This document shows, one piece after another, positions 14,065 through 28,037 of a stretch of DNA of 64,000 nucleotides. This DNA is from Nageia nagi (taxonomy: Eukaryota; Plantae; Pinophyta), in the NCBI GenBank assembly GCA_050084985.1, contig JBITNC010000001.1, positions 170,996,001-171,060,000 on the forward strand. Reading direction: 5' to 3'. The translations under genes and the position numbers were made by a program. Under the pieces are notes generated by a model. That model did no database searches. It was not told where the DNA came from and worked only from the letters and a program-made list of their open reading frames with translations. The first letter of the stretch is position 1. Each line of letters begins with the position of its first letter.

Positions 14065-14580
14065 CTAATGAGCAAGCACGCAAATCATTTGATAAAATAT
14101 CTCATCAAAAGGTAAGAGCTCTAGAAGTTTCTTCACAGGGCTCTAGACTATCCAGGCGGTCTTAAAGTATGCACTGGGAGCTTTGCATCAGGGTTTATAC
14201 TTATTTGGAAGACTCTTTTACTATGCATTTCTGCATGGATGTCAATGATCACAGGATTTGCACATAATAGAATTTCTGAAAAGGCTTTAGAGACTTTTAA
14301 GCAGATGCAATTGTCATGATTAACGACAAACTCTGCAACTCTTGGTAGCATTCTTTGAGTACATGCTACAATGGGAGCGATAGAAGAAGGTATTGGGCAT
14401 CATCGAAGTGAAGTGAAAAGGGTTTTGCATTGAACTTGTGGTTGCGAGTGCTCTGATATACACGTACACCAATATGGAAGCATAGAGAATATATGCGAAA
14501 TGTTTGACAAAATGCTTTGAATTGGCGTAGACAGCAATGATCAGAGGACAGGGGTACTGTGTGAAGTGTTTGACCAAATG
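14065..14580 (+). pseudogene. Decayed PLS-class PPR gene fragment
   Basis: Translates as EQARKSFDKI...SAWMSMITGFAHNRISEKALETFKQMQLS*LTTNSATLGSIL*VHATMGAIEEG...GSIENICEMFDKM, matching P/L/S PPR motifs with stops and frameshifts. Weaker PPR-like traces occur at ~12470-12710 and ~14850-14930. Confidence 0.85.
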
Positions 14581-15600
14581 TCTTATCTTAACAGGTCCAG
14601 ATAATTTTCCTTGAGCGGCTCCAGAGAATTCTAATCGGCTCTGGAGATTTTTTCTTTAGAGTTGCCAGAGACTTTTAAGAAGAAGCAATTGTTATGTAAA
14701 TGTAATCATTGCTAGTGTTTTCTACGCATGTGCCACGATTGCAGATCATGGATATCTTTTGTTTTCTAAGCTGGCCCATGTAAGCACTATAAAGACGCAT
14801 CATCCAGATGTTACCCACAATAAAGACAAAGCCAACGACTTGCTTGAAGTACAGCACTTCAAAATGTCAGGTATAAAATCAAGCTCTATTTCTACATACA
14901 AGTTTCGTATGGACATCCATCATCAAGGAGTGTACATAATTGGTTCTCTTAAGTAGTGAACAATGAACACCTTGAATGTGTAATAAGATTTATAAGAGAT
15001 GATGATAAGATGAAGGGAGGGAATTTGGTAATCTTGCAAGCTTTTATGTAATCTAATGAGGGTGGTACATTTCGTTCTCTTTGCAATTCATACGACTAAT
15101 GATCATTGGTTTCGGAATTCATGTTGAGGCAAGAAAAGACATGGGATCAACTATTATTTTACCCTCTTTGGACAAGATGGTGCAAACATTTGTTTGTTTT
15201 GTGACTACGAGTGTAAGGGTTAAGAGGAATGAAAATCAGTTGACATTAAATGCCAAAGGATTATGAGAGTTTAAAATATTTTCTTAGGAAAATTAAGAAA
15301 AGATCATCATTTTTAGCAGTGTTGGAATCCACTTACATCATGGTCATGTAGCTTGTACCTTAACTAATTGTTAATCATCTAGAATGTTAAAGGATGTTTG
15401 TAGAGATCAAAGATAGTGATGGAAGATAGAGGAATTAAGAAGACACCTGGTTGAGAAAGAGGATAGATTCAAAAATAGAAAATTGATGTGGATGCAATAT
15501 ATATATATATATAGACACACATTATGGAAGCGTAATTGCACAGGAGAGAGTAGAACTTTGATCTTGCCATAGGAGTAGTAAGAATCTAAGTGCGGGGGAG

Positions 15601-16893
15601 TGATGAGGAACAAAATAACCTTAGTATAATAAAATAATGCTATTAAAATAACACATTAAAAGGATACTTTGGTAGATTAAGAACATATTTTGTCATATAA
15701 CTAGTTTAATTAGAGATAAAATGTCATATTATGTTATTTGATAATATATTATGTTTTGTGTTGATCTAATACTTTATGTGTTTTTGTGAGAGAAATAAAA
15801 GGATAAAAAAAAGACTTATTTTAAATATGGTAGCTTATCCTAATTTTTGAATGAAGTTCATGAGTGCAAAGGTGGAAAATATTCATATCAAAGAACATTT
15901 TGGTGATGAAAATGCATGGCCAGCATTGGGGAAACCAACTGCAGCTCTAGTGCCATGAATTCATACCAACTTTCTAGAGCTCTAAATTTGGATGAAACTC
16001 AACCAACTATGAAGATATTCAATGCTAGAAGATTCAAGCACAACATTTTAGGAGAGTACAAAATGGCTATGTTATAGAAACAGTTCCAAATCTCTTCCAT
16101 GTTTGGAAGCCCATATTTCAACCCAACAAAGCACCACATCTTTGTACACTAGATATGGATTGTATGGCAATTACAAAATAGTTTGTTGTATTATTTCTAT
16201 TCTAATTGTAACGAGTTATTTTTAGGTTTTTGTTTTAGAGAATAAAAATAATAAAGACTCTTCTTATGCACATGAAGAGTAGTTATATTGTTAGAAGATT
16301 ATATGTTAGAGTATGTGAGCAAGGAAATGTAAGCAACAACTTGTTGAATTACTTTATATCCATTTTATTTGAAAGCACTATATGAATAAAGTGTAGCAAT
16401 AGTTCTTTATAGTTTTAAGTCTTCTCGAGTGCTTTTACTAGAAGAAGAAGGGCACCCCTTCAATTGGTAGAAGCAACCCTTTTCATTTCTTTTGCTTTTA
16501 TAGAATAGATGAGTGATTTCCATTTCCTTCAAAATTGAGTGACTTCCTTCAAGTATTAATTGAGAATTTTGGTGTGTTTTGTTGGCCAACCCTATTTATT
16601 GTTTTAAGTTATTTCATTTTGCAAGTGTTTCATTTCAATTTCTACAAAAGTATGCTAGTGTGTTTATTTAGAAATCACATAACATATTAGGGCCATTATT
16701 GCATATAGCCTTTGAACACTTAACCTAGATTAATAAATTAAATGGTGAATTGAAAACCCACTAGTATTGAATTCACATATCCAAAAAAAGGAATAAAATA
16801 AAAGACGTCTAGAATGAAATTTATAGCCTTTAGAAGAAAACTAAATTGAAAGAGGAACAATTTGAGGTAAGTACGAATATATCAATAACTATT
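15601..16893 (+). mobile_element. Probable LTR of a Ty3/gypsy (Athila-like) element
   Basis: PPT-like aagtgcgggggag immediately precedes TGATGAG at 15601, with a putative end ...tatatca at ~16893. No partner LTR was seen. Confidence 0.45.
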
Positions 16894-17785
16894 GCACAAA
16901 ACAAAAAACTAACAAGTACCAACCTAGTTAAAATGCCACCAAATACATGAATATCACCTTGGAATAGCTTCATAATACTTATACAAACATCTATAAGTAT
17001 TTTCTCATACAAACACACCTACAAATGAAAGCATACCACACAACTATAGAAAATAGTTACAAAGCAATTTTTTGTGTTGTTGTTATTGTATAATGAATGT
17101 CTAATTGTTATAATACAATGGGATATAATCACTATATATATCTAGAGAAAATATATTGAGTGTTTGAAACTCCAAAAGTTATTATAGAAGTACATAATCT
17201 GCTTAGGAAAATAGGAAAAGCATAAATGTAAGTTCAATAATTTTTAATTGAAGGTATGGATGTCCATGTTTCTATAGTTGAAGAAGATCTAGAGGCTAGA
17301 AGACTAGATTGTGAGAATTTAAATCTTAACTAGATACCTTTAACAAAATAAACTAGGTAGTTATTCATAATAGGCATTGAAGGGAGAGATACATGACAAA
17401 GTTGATCATGTCAAAATTTGAATGTTCAAACCATGGAACATTATTTCCTTTCATGATGAAGGATGCAGTCAATATTGTTTAAGGTGCTCTAGTAGTGTGG
17501 GAATGAAGGAGCATTTTTTAGTAGGATCCTTTTGTTGTTATACTCAAATAGAAAGTTGTTGAAACTAACAATAGAGAAATTGCATAACTATGTAATTCTA
17601 TGCAACTTGCAACATCATCTCTACCTTATTGTGTTGGGTAGTCATTACCACCAATTCGAACAACTCTAATGTATGCATCAAGTAGATATTTTGATGTTAT
17701 GTAGTAAAGCACTAATATGGTGGTAAAGTTCCTTTTTGTTAGTGAACAATTTGCATAACTATTTGGTTCCTATATGAAGTACCTT

Positions 17786-17788
<3 letters not shown>

Positions 17789-17820
<32 letters not shown>
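17789..17820. repeat. (AT)16 microsatellite
   Basis: Direct read. Shorter (AT)n tracts occur at ~15497, ~38888 and ~41187. Confidence 0.95.
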
Positions 17821-17822
<2 letters not shown>

Positions 17823-18952
17823 TTTCCTAGCTCTAATGTGGAGGATCGATATCTCTGCTTCCTTATCAATGATCTATTTCCCAAAATTTTAAATATCCCT
17901 AGGGATGGAATTCTCCTTAACAATTGCTTTTATATCCTGATAGGATAACTTGTAGTGTTCTAATTTTGTGGTTACATGGGTTTTCATGGTCTCTAACTTT
18001 GTTATCGATATATCAAAGGTCTATTGGGGCTTGTGATTCTCCTCGTCTAATTTCTTCTTTTTGATGATCAAGTATTCAATTTTTTTCCCCAACATTTTTG
18101 TGATTAGTTGGGTGTTGTTATGAAATCATTCGAGAGTGGTTGAGTGATTATCACCATGAGAGTGGGACCTATTGGTGGAAATATCCGTTGTTGGATGGGA
18201 TTTTCTACCAAGTATTTGAGATGGTCACTAGTGTGAGGCTTAGGATTAATGGGGAAGTTAAGGAATCAAGTTCAAAGAAGATAGATGGTCCTAACATATA
18301 TTTTCTTTAGGGTGGCCAATTGAATTTCAATTTTGGCAAAATAATAATTAAGGATATGCTATGTGTTCCTTTTCTAGGTTAAACACTCATATATGGTTAT
18401 TTGATAAGGCTATAGGTATTAGTATTTATGCATTGTATTAATTATGATACCAAATGATGTATTTATGGTGACTAAGGTAGGTGTAGGGTCAATGAAAAAT
18501 GAAGGCTTAAACTATTCAAACTAAATGGAGTAGGGAAAGTGGGGTGTTTACTTATAGGTGATGGGGTTGATGCTATAATGGCCATAAATAAGAATATATT
18601 TGATGGTGATGCTTCGTGTATAATGGAAGAGGGTGGAGGTGTGGATTTGTTGAATTTATTATACTCTTAACCACATAGGTGCTCTCCCTCTATAGGAGGT
18701 TGTTGGAGACTCCCTTATTCTTTTATGGAAATTGAGGTATTTTGTTAGTTAATGGTTCTTTTCTTCTCCTTTATTTTTTCTTATTATTTTTTATAGCTAC
18801 TGAAGGTATCAACTTAGTAGTAGATGGAGCTAATAATACAAACTTTACAACTATATGTTTAGTATCTAGCATAGAGCTTGTTCCTTGGGTAATTTGGAGG
18901 ATTATTATATATGTATCCAAAATAGAGTTAGTAACTTCTTGAATTTTGGATG

Positions 18953-19303
18953 TGTTGATCAATTGAATTGATCGTTAAGGTTCTTATCTACAATCGAGAA
19001 TAGATGGATAAATGGAAGAGAATAACAAAAAGAAAAGAAAAACACTCAAACATAAGAATAGGGGGTTAAGCCTTTTATTAATAGTAATGAGATCAGTTAC
19101 AATGATATAATGATTACACATATGGCTCTATCTCTCTCTCACACACTCTCTTCCTCTTTATCCTTGCTTCTCCTCTCATTAGTCCCATTCAATGGGTTAA
19201 GGAGTGACATCCTTTCGATTGGAGTGGCTAACCCTTAGCATTCATTCAGTAACTACTAGTTAGAGTCAATTGATTTACACAATGAAATTCTCTCCTGCTA
19301 ACA
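18953..19303 (-). repeat. 3' LTR of the large gypsy element
   Basis: Bounded by tgtt...aaca. On the minus strand the PPT aagttggggaaga directly precedes TGTTAG at 19303. Confidence 0.65.
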
Positions 19304-22300
19304 TCTTCCCCAACTTAATAATTTGGATTATCCTCAAGTTGGGGTATAATATCTTATACCATCAGCAAGGAATCATCAATGCAAGAAATAATGATTCCTT
19401 TGCTCCTGAGTACTTTTTCATATCTTTACAAGCAAACTCTTAGTTCTTCTTTTACAACAAGTTCACCTTTGTCTAGTAGTTAGAGGCACCAACTTGCTAT
19501 CTATCATAAATTAGTAACTATAATCATATATGACATTGGTTTCCATTAATTGATCACTTATCCATTCAACCTCATGTGGCTACACTAGAAAATTGATCGA
19601 TATAGCCCCAAAAGAATATCGAAACCAATAATGAGTTATGCAATCTAGTATGATTCAGGGAGTAGGATCAAGCCAAAATTGTAATACTTTTGTCATTAGT
19701 TAGGGTTCTAAGTCTTCTTCCAAAAATAATTTTCAAGTGTTAGCTTTTATAAGTAACTTTTCCCCATAGATATCCAACTCCCAACCATATGAGTTTCTCT
19801 TTTTAGACAACTAAATTGCAATGGTGACTAGAATATTGATGGGAATTTGAACCACTTTATGTAGATCCAAATTGGGCATGGTGCAAATATGATTCCTCTT
19901 CCTTTTTGATGAAGTCTTCTATGCTTTTAGAATTCTAGTAAGTTTCTCATAAATATTTTTTGATCATTAAAGATCCTAAATTTCTTATTGAATTTGAGTT
20001 TGCAAAAAATGGAATACTTTTTGGATTATTGATACCAAAGTGGTAAGGCCTGGTAAAGCATTCAATGTAATCAAATACCACTCTCACATGAGTTAACCTT
20101 GCCAAAACCCATCCAAACACTCCATACATAGGAGGGCATCAAACTTAGAAATCTTTGGGATGTTCTTGGAGAGGCCTTTTAGTGATGCATTTCAACCATA
20201 CTTGAGGTTTTTCATAAGGCCAATACGAAAAGACATAATATTGATGTCTCTTTTGAGGAGTGGTGTCTTCCCTAGTTAGAATTTTTTGCCTAAGAAAGTC
20301 ACCAACACTTATATCATTTGTTAGCGATTCTTTTTATAGCATTTTTATTTTTGTTCCTTCTAATTATTGATGTTTTGGTTATATTTTCATTTTTACAATC
20401 GCTTTAACTATTTTTCAACTTCCTTATTTTTAATAGTTTTATTAACACCTTCATGATTTTTGTACAATAAAAAGGGAGAGGGCCTTCATTATATTTCTTC
20501 AAAAACATTACAATCATCCTAGATTTTCCTTCAATATATATTGTATTTTTCATGGGATTATCAATCCTTTAAAAAGTTTCACATTACAACTTTTAACCAT
20601 GGCACAACATAATTCTCTCTTGCAACATCACTAGTAGAAGAGTCAACAGGAGTTTGTTGAAGCTATTGCTGGATAGAGCTAATAATCGAATGCAATAGGT
20701 TGATAGGGCTGAACTTAGGCTGACCCAAGTATCATTCTCTTTAAAGGATACACACCTTTGTAGCATGGTTGATTTTTTGATGAAGTGTTTCCAACTAAGA
20801 TTTGATTTAGATTGCTTGTATGGTGTTGATCGACTCCTTGGTGAGAAAATCCTCCATTTGCATTATCTGTTTAGCATGGACCTGATTTATCTATAATATT
20901 TATCCAAGTATTTTGCCCACTGCTACTTCTTGTTCTTGTTTCTTTTCCTCTAAGGTGAATACTTAGCTATTAATCATGTTTAGTTCTTGGATATTGTTAG
21001 CCAACATGGGAAAATATTATTGTATTTTCTTCACCTATGTAAGGAATTTGGCCACTTTCTCATTTCTAATAAATCAAGTTTTTTCTTTTGATCTATAATT
21101 TATTTAATATTCATACAAACACCCTTATACTTATGTAGATCACCTTAAAACTCTATGATAAATTTAGCCAATTTATCTTTGTGTTGCTCCAACTCTTCCT
21201 CCTTCATTAAATACAATTGTTCTGACTTCGTCTGAGCTAATTTTGCTTTTTTAACCTCCTTTGTCAACTGGTATATTTCCTCTTTTGTGGTAGGAAGTTG
21301 TTCTAGCTCCTTTGTGAGTTGGGAAACTTCCTCCTAAAGTTGTTTATTTTATTCATTCAACTTAGCTTTGTCCTTCTTTTCTTCTTAGAGGATTTTATTA
21401 GTTATTTCATTCTCAATGTGTAATTATTTGATCTTCTTACTCTATTATTACTCAAGAGTATGTACTTACTTCTCTTTCTATATCCAAAATTCTTCCATCC
21501 TAGCATCGATGTTAGGTTGTGGTGGATTCATAGTTATGCTCATGCTCCCAGACCGTTGTGCTTCCCTCAATTCATCAATTATCTCCTTGTATTTTTGGAC
21601 CTTAGTCTACTATGCATCCTTATTTTGGTCATCTCCTCTTGATGGTGTTGCTTTATTTGACTGATCTCTTGTTGCATATGAGTTGCAATGGTCTTCAATT
21701 GGTCTTCAATGGTATGATATGGATGGAAGTTGATGGAAGGTAAATATTAATGGAGAATGATGGGGAGTTTAGTGAGGTAGGTGGTAGGGGTGATTTTGGC
21801 ATTGATGGTTATGACCAATTAGCCTAATTTCTTAATTAGTTTGATTAGTGGGATGGAGTGGTAATTGATATGAATTTGGAGTTGATGAACAATGGATTAG
21901 AAATTCTTTGTGAGTTCTATGTGTTGGAACTCATAAGCTTAATGGATTAAGAAATAGGTTGTATCTTGCATACTGCATTGTTGGTGTCCTATGATGTGAG
22001 TGTCTAGAATGGATAAGATGAAGGGTTTGATGTAGTGGCTAATTGGTGCATTATATGTGTCAGGGCATGCAATGTTCCATAGGTGGTTACTTGTTTCTAT
22101 TATGATGGCTATTAGTGGTTTGTTTTATCGATTGAGTGGTAACAGTAGTGGCCTTTATCGAGTTATTCTATAGTGGCATAAATATTATATGGGAAGTGGT
22201 GATAATTATTGGTGTTGAAGTCGATGGGGTAGTAGGAATAGAAACAAGAACAAACATAAAGGTAGAAACTAGAAAAGTGATTAAGATTGAGGAATAAAAG

Positions 22301-22699
22301 CTTACTTGTATTGGTTGAGTGGTGTAGGTTGAGTCACCCTATTGAATATCCAAGGAAAGCTAAGCTCCTTCCTTAATGATGGTGTGTGTCACTACTTGGT
22401 TTTCAAATAATTTCTTGGCCACCTATTCTAGGGCTATCTCTAGTTGGTTAGTTGTTTTTATTACTCCTTTGTTGCTAGTCCCTTCATGAGCATGCCACCT
22501 TTTCTATGGGAGCTAAAAATCTTCCTCCTTCATGGATTTAGTGTTCGAATTCCATCCCTTTTTCTTTATCATACTTTATGAAGATGATGGTAAAATTTTG
22601 ATGGAATTTTACCTAACTTTATCTTTTTACTCTCTTTCCCCCTTTTGAAGTTTCTAAATGATCTCCTAACACTAACTATAATTGATCATGTAGGGAAAC

Positions 22700-23750
22700 T
22701 CATCCTCCAAATGTGCTAAATTCAAATAGGTGCACCTTAATACTATGTTGTTAATGGTCACAATGAAATACATCAAAGCATCATACAAAGTCAAATCAAC
22801 GATGACCCTCTATGGTATTCTTATATGCCCCTAAATCATATTTCACATCTCCTTTACCCATGTAGTGAAATTCACTACTCGACCATGTATGCCATTTTAC
22901 ACCTACATGATTGATCATGTATTATCCATGTCGATTCACTCCATCGTATTCATAACTTCCTCCCCTTTTTTCACTCTTTTTTGAACTTCTAACTTCAGTT
23001 TCTCAAAGGTAAATCACTACAAAAAGTACATGGCAACAAGGACCAAGGACATGCCATACTTGAATATGGTATTCTTCTTTACTATGCTTTTGACTAAATA
23101 GTCATTCCAACTACCCCAAAAAGATATTGCTGAGGGATAATTCCTTGTATTGTTTCATTATTTCATAAGCCAACATTGATTGGGTCATTGTGATGCTATT
23201 GGGATTATTTTTGTAGTTCAATCATCTTGCAATAAGTATTGTTGTTGCTCAAACATGAGATATGACAATGGATTTTAGTTATATGGCTTTCATATTAATC
23301 TTTGCACCCATGAGTTGCTAAACTACTATTATTTTTATTGGACCTCTCTTTCCCATTAAATTCTCATGGTTAACTCCCCTCCTCTTCAACCCAATAACTC
23401 ACTCAATCACTTCCTTTGTAATTTGGTATGGTCTGTCTAGCCAAAGGACATTGTTGTGGTAACAACTATATATGAATTTTACCACATTACCATAGACAAA
23501 AAACTCTAGCATGTTCATTAGATTCATCAAACCCACTTCTTCATACACTTTTAGCTAATCTAGTATTAATTTTTCTACATCCATTTGTGCCTCTTAAATC
23601 TTGGGATCCTTCAATTTTGTGATGTGGATATATGATATGGATTATTCAATGCCTTCTACCTCATCTAGTACCCCTATAAAATGGTAGCCCAATGGGGTTT
23701 CTACAAAATGATATTTCTCCTAATTATTAGGTGTGACAGCTTCCACTTTG
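22700..23750 (-). pseudogene. Retrotransposon accessory ORF remnant 3' of integrase (plant-mobile-domain/transposase-like class)
   Basis: Minus-strand translation GLMNLMNMLEF...VKFIYSCYHNNVLWLDRPYQITKEVIE*VIGL resembles accessory ORFs of plant gypsy elements. Domain assignment is from recall, not from a search. Confidence 0.5.
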
Positions 23751-24849
23751 GTTCCATTTACTCCACCTATGTCTGTAGATTCTCCTTCACTAACTATTAA
23801 TCCTTTGTTAGTGGCTCTGTAACTCTCCACTTCCTCCTAACACCTCTCGTATTTTGAATCCAATGGTAAAATGGCTTTTATGGATTTTCCAATTATGGTG
23901 TGCCCTTTTTATAAGGTTGTGATTTGGTGAGTGGTTTTGCATACGAGTGGTTGGTATCATATTTTACTCAACAAGTATCAGTGACATGCATTGGTGGTTG
24001 AGGTGGCATGTCATAGCCATTTATTATTTTGATGGTGGTGCATTATCAAATGTGCCGATGTAATGTGAATTTAATGCTCTCATCCTATTTTTGTACTCCC
24101 ACTCATGTTGGCTAGATTCTTGAAGTTAGATGTGGGTTCCACATAAGCCATTTTCATTATCTTGAGGTCATTTAAATCTTCCACTTACATCTAATTTTAA
24201 TTTCACATGTTATAAGAAGGTGGAAGGGATTTCTAATTAATACATTATCATGAGATTAATGTTTGGAGTCAAATTTTTCTATAATTTAGGTGTATACTAT
24301 TAAATCTATGTCACTTTTCTTCATTTGTTTTTATTTTATCTATCTTCAATGTATTTGAGGTGATAGAGCTAGAAGTGGTAATGAAACAATTGCTGGAAGG
24401 TGGCAAAATTTTAGACCTAGACTTGGAAAGGATGCTATAGTTATTGGTAGAGCACTATCAAAAAGCTCAAGAATTTTAATGCTATTTGGGAGTTTTCATC
24501 TAGTTTTCATTGCCCCCATAGTAAGCAATAATGGTAGAATGGTTAGTGGAGATGATAGTTCATCAATTTTGTGTGGCCACAAATTGTGATGCTGTATCAT
24601 TTTTATTCTGCAAACATACAAGCTATGTATTTTGGTTTTACTATTTTTGATATGACTCCCATGAATAATTTTATCTTCTGTATACTCCCCAACTTAATAA
24701 GAATTATGTGTGGTATGTGTGGGCAATTGTATAAATAAATATCCAAAGAAATTTTTTGATTATCTACGTTAACTAATCTAATATACTATGTTACAAATGC
24801 ATTTATTTATTAATTTTATGTATTTATTAGATTTTGGTATCTTGTCGAG

Positions 24850-27390
24850 TAGTATATTTCTTTAATCTATGACCATTTATGAAACTTGATCGAATATTTT
24901 TTTCTACCATTCATAATTGTACGGTTCCTTTTCCTTTTATATTATGGATAACATAGGGTCCGAGCCATCAAATTTATTATTTCCTAGAATGATGCTTATA
25001 TTGACTATCATATAACAACACTTGGTCACTAAATCTAAACTTTTAATTCTTTATATGTTTGTGATGCCATGCTTTCTGTCTATTCTTTTCTTGAATTTGG
25101 TTATACAATGCTATTTATTGATTCACATCTAGTTGTTCAAGAATTTAGTCATTCTCTCTTCAATGGATCCATTTTCTTATGGGTGCTAAGGAAATCTCTT
25201 ATTATGTTGAATCGTAAATTTTATGAGTAATTCATTAAAAATATGATTTACAAAATATTTATCTTGGTTACTAATTATTTCTTTCAAATACTCAAATCTT
25301 GTAATTATATTTTCTTATATAAATTTAATTATTGTTAATGTTGTGCAATATTTCATGTCTTCTATGTCTACCCACCAAGTAATATATTCAACTCCAATGA
25401 TAATATATCATACCCTGGACTTCCATGTTGGAGGTGATATCAGACAGACGAAATCGATCACCCATTTTTTAAATGGTTGTAAGGGTAGTATGGGTTGAAG
25501 TAGGAGTTCATCATGGGAGGAAGATCAACTAATTCTTTGATAAATATCATAGCTCTTAGCATATAAGTATGCATTGCAATCAAGGGTGGTCCACCTTAGC
25601 CCCACCTAGAGTACTTTCTTACTTGTTATATCTCCACCAAAATGACCACTTGCTATTCCATCATGTGCTTCTCTAAGAATACCATCTCTTTCATGTGGTA
25701 GGGCTACTCATTGAATTACCTCATCCATACCTACTTTATAAAGTTCACTCGAGAGTGTATGAGATTTATTTAATAAGTAGCATCCTTCCTTCCTTTGGAT
25801 ATAATCCCTTAAGAAATTATCTTGATACTAAGAAGGCTACTATTTCAGCTAAATCATCTAGGAATTCTTCAACCCGAAATAAGTGAGCTCCTTGTAGATC
25901 ATCATTAATTTTTAATGTTTCACCATTATTGATTCTAGATAGCATATCAAGGACTACATTTAAGTTTCCTATTTTTACAATAAATTTGAACGTGAACTCT
26001 TGGAATACAAAAAACCACCAATAGATTCTTCCTTGGATAATTGATTTGTTGATGAGATATCTTAGAGCCTCATGATCTATGAAGAAGATAAATGTTGTTG
26101 CTAATAGATAGTGAAAAAAGTTTTGAAGAGCATAGACCATGGCTAGTGCTTCTTATTTGATGATAGTATAGTTTTTTTTTGCATCCATCATTTTATGGTT
26201 GGCAAAGTAAATTGAGTGATCGATATTGCCTTCCCTTGGTTGTGCTAATACAACTCCAATTGCTTGAATGATCACATCTACATGTACATGGAACTCCTTA
26301 GTCTAGTCAAGAAATTTTAATATTGGGAATTTGGATAGTTTAAGATTTTAATGTATTAAAATTCTCTTGACATTATTGTGACTAATAAAATGGTCGATAT
26401 TTCTTTGTTAAGTCATCGATAGGAGAGGCTAAAGCTGCATAATTTTTTATGAATTTTCTATAATAGCTTATTGATCCTAAGAAACTTCTAACTTATTTTA
26501 TGGTTTTGGGTGGGGGTATGTTTACTAATACTATAATTTTTGTTGGTTCCACCATCAAACCTTCTTTATAAATTATATTTCCTAATAATACCCCATATGG
26601 CATAGCAAAGAGGCATTTTTTTAGATGAAGTGATATTCAAAGTTGCCTACATTGTTCAAAAATTAATCTTAATGCTTGGACATGGTTTTTGATTAGGCCA
26701 TATATTGTCCAAAAATATAAATAAACCTCTAGGAAGTCATGGATAAAGTATTTTAAGGCTTAGATCACAATTTGGGAGAAAATAGTTAGAGTATTCTTAA
26801 GTTTGAATGGCATAACATTATACGTGAAAGATCCCCACTTGGTTATAAATGTTATTTTTGGGTGATCTTCTTTTGCAATTTGGACTTGATGATATCTAGA
26901 GAATCTATCGGTAAAGGAGTAAACTTCATTACTAACCACATTGTCTAGAGTTACCTTGTTGAATAGGGTGGAAAATGGGTCATGTTCATAGGCTTTATTG
27001 AGTTCCTAAAAATTGGCACAAATCCTTAATTGCCTATCTTTTTATGTTGGATTACCATCAGGCTAATCCATTTAGTATTATCTATAGGTGATATGGTGCT
27101 ATTTCCAACATTTGATCTAAGGTTTCTTTTACTTATGTTTTGTAATTTGAGTTTAATTGGTATGATCTTTATTTTCTAGGTTTATAGTATGATTTTAAAC
27201 ATATTTGCATGGTTCCAATCTCTTCATTCATCCCTCATAGTTCCATCATGTTTAGTGGGAAGAGATCTTGATATTCCATTAATATTTCTATGAGTTTATT
27301 TACTTCAAATTTTATCTAATAGTCTCCTATAATATATATTTTTGGTTTCACGTCAATCCCAAAATTCAATTTCATAGTTTTAATCTCTTC
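24850..27390 (-). pseudogene. Gypsy pol remnant (RT, RNase H, integrase)
   Basis: Motifs KTMKLNFGIDVKPK..GDY, YSFTD, KCLFAMPYGVLLG, the RNase H ORF 25817-26140, LQPFKKWVIDFV, ENIITRF...HP*ENG, WLGPYVI and VNGHRLKKY, with many stops. Confidence 0.92.
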
Positions 27391-28037
27391 ATGTATTGCG
27401 ATTTTATTTATTTTTCTATGATAACTTCACTTTCATCCTCCATTTCGTATATAAGATTCTTTGATTTTTCATCAAGTTCCTCTAGGTATATTTGTTTTAA
27501 CATTTTAGCAGTGTTTTTAACCATTGGCAAAGGATGTATTGTTATTAGTGTTATGATAGGTTGAACTATTTTGGAATACGTTACTCTTATGTGATAAGGT
27601 ATGGTCATTGTAAAATTTAAACATGTGAATGAAAGCTTCCTACATCACATCCTAGTTGGTTATTTCTCTTTGGATTTCTTGGTGTATGTACCATGCTCAT
27701 GGAATTGTGCCTAATGTCCTGTGGAAGATGTGTATCCAAATGTTGGGTTGAAGATAGTTGAGTTTTTCCAAACTGACTCACACATTGTAATATATTTTAT
27801 GGGGTTGGTATCACCTGAATACTTATCGATAGTGTTTATGATCGAATGTGGACTACTAAAATATAATGATATATTGTACATCATTGTATCCCATGTCATT
27901 AGATTCTATCTATGTGTTCCCTACCATATTGAAATTATTCCAATGAGGGTATCTTTAAATGCATTAATTCCATCATTCTCGTTAGGAAAAGTTTAAATTA
28001 TAGATTCTAAAAATTCATGTAGAGCAACCATATTTGG

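Noticed and set aside
24300-24560. Possible additional gag-like remnant after integrase (NFATFQQLFHYHF)
   Set aside because: Too short and degenerate to support without a profile search.
25185-25435. Foreign AT-rich insertion in integrase
   Set aside because: It translates as the integrase core (YII...ENIITRF...HP*ENG). Only a downstream deletion is present.
27390-27900. Protease-less gypsy (gag directly joined to RT)
   Set aside because: A protease (VDLG) and a primary gag lie further upstream at ~32750 and ~34400, separated by nested insertions.
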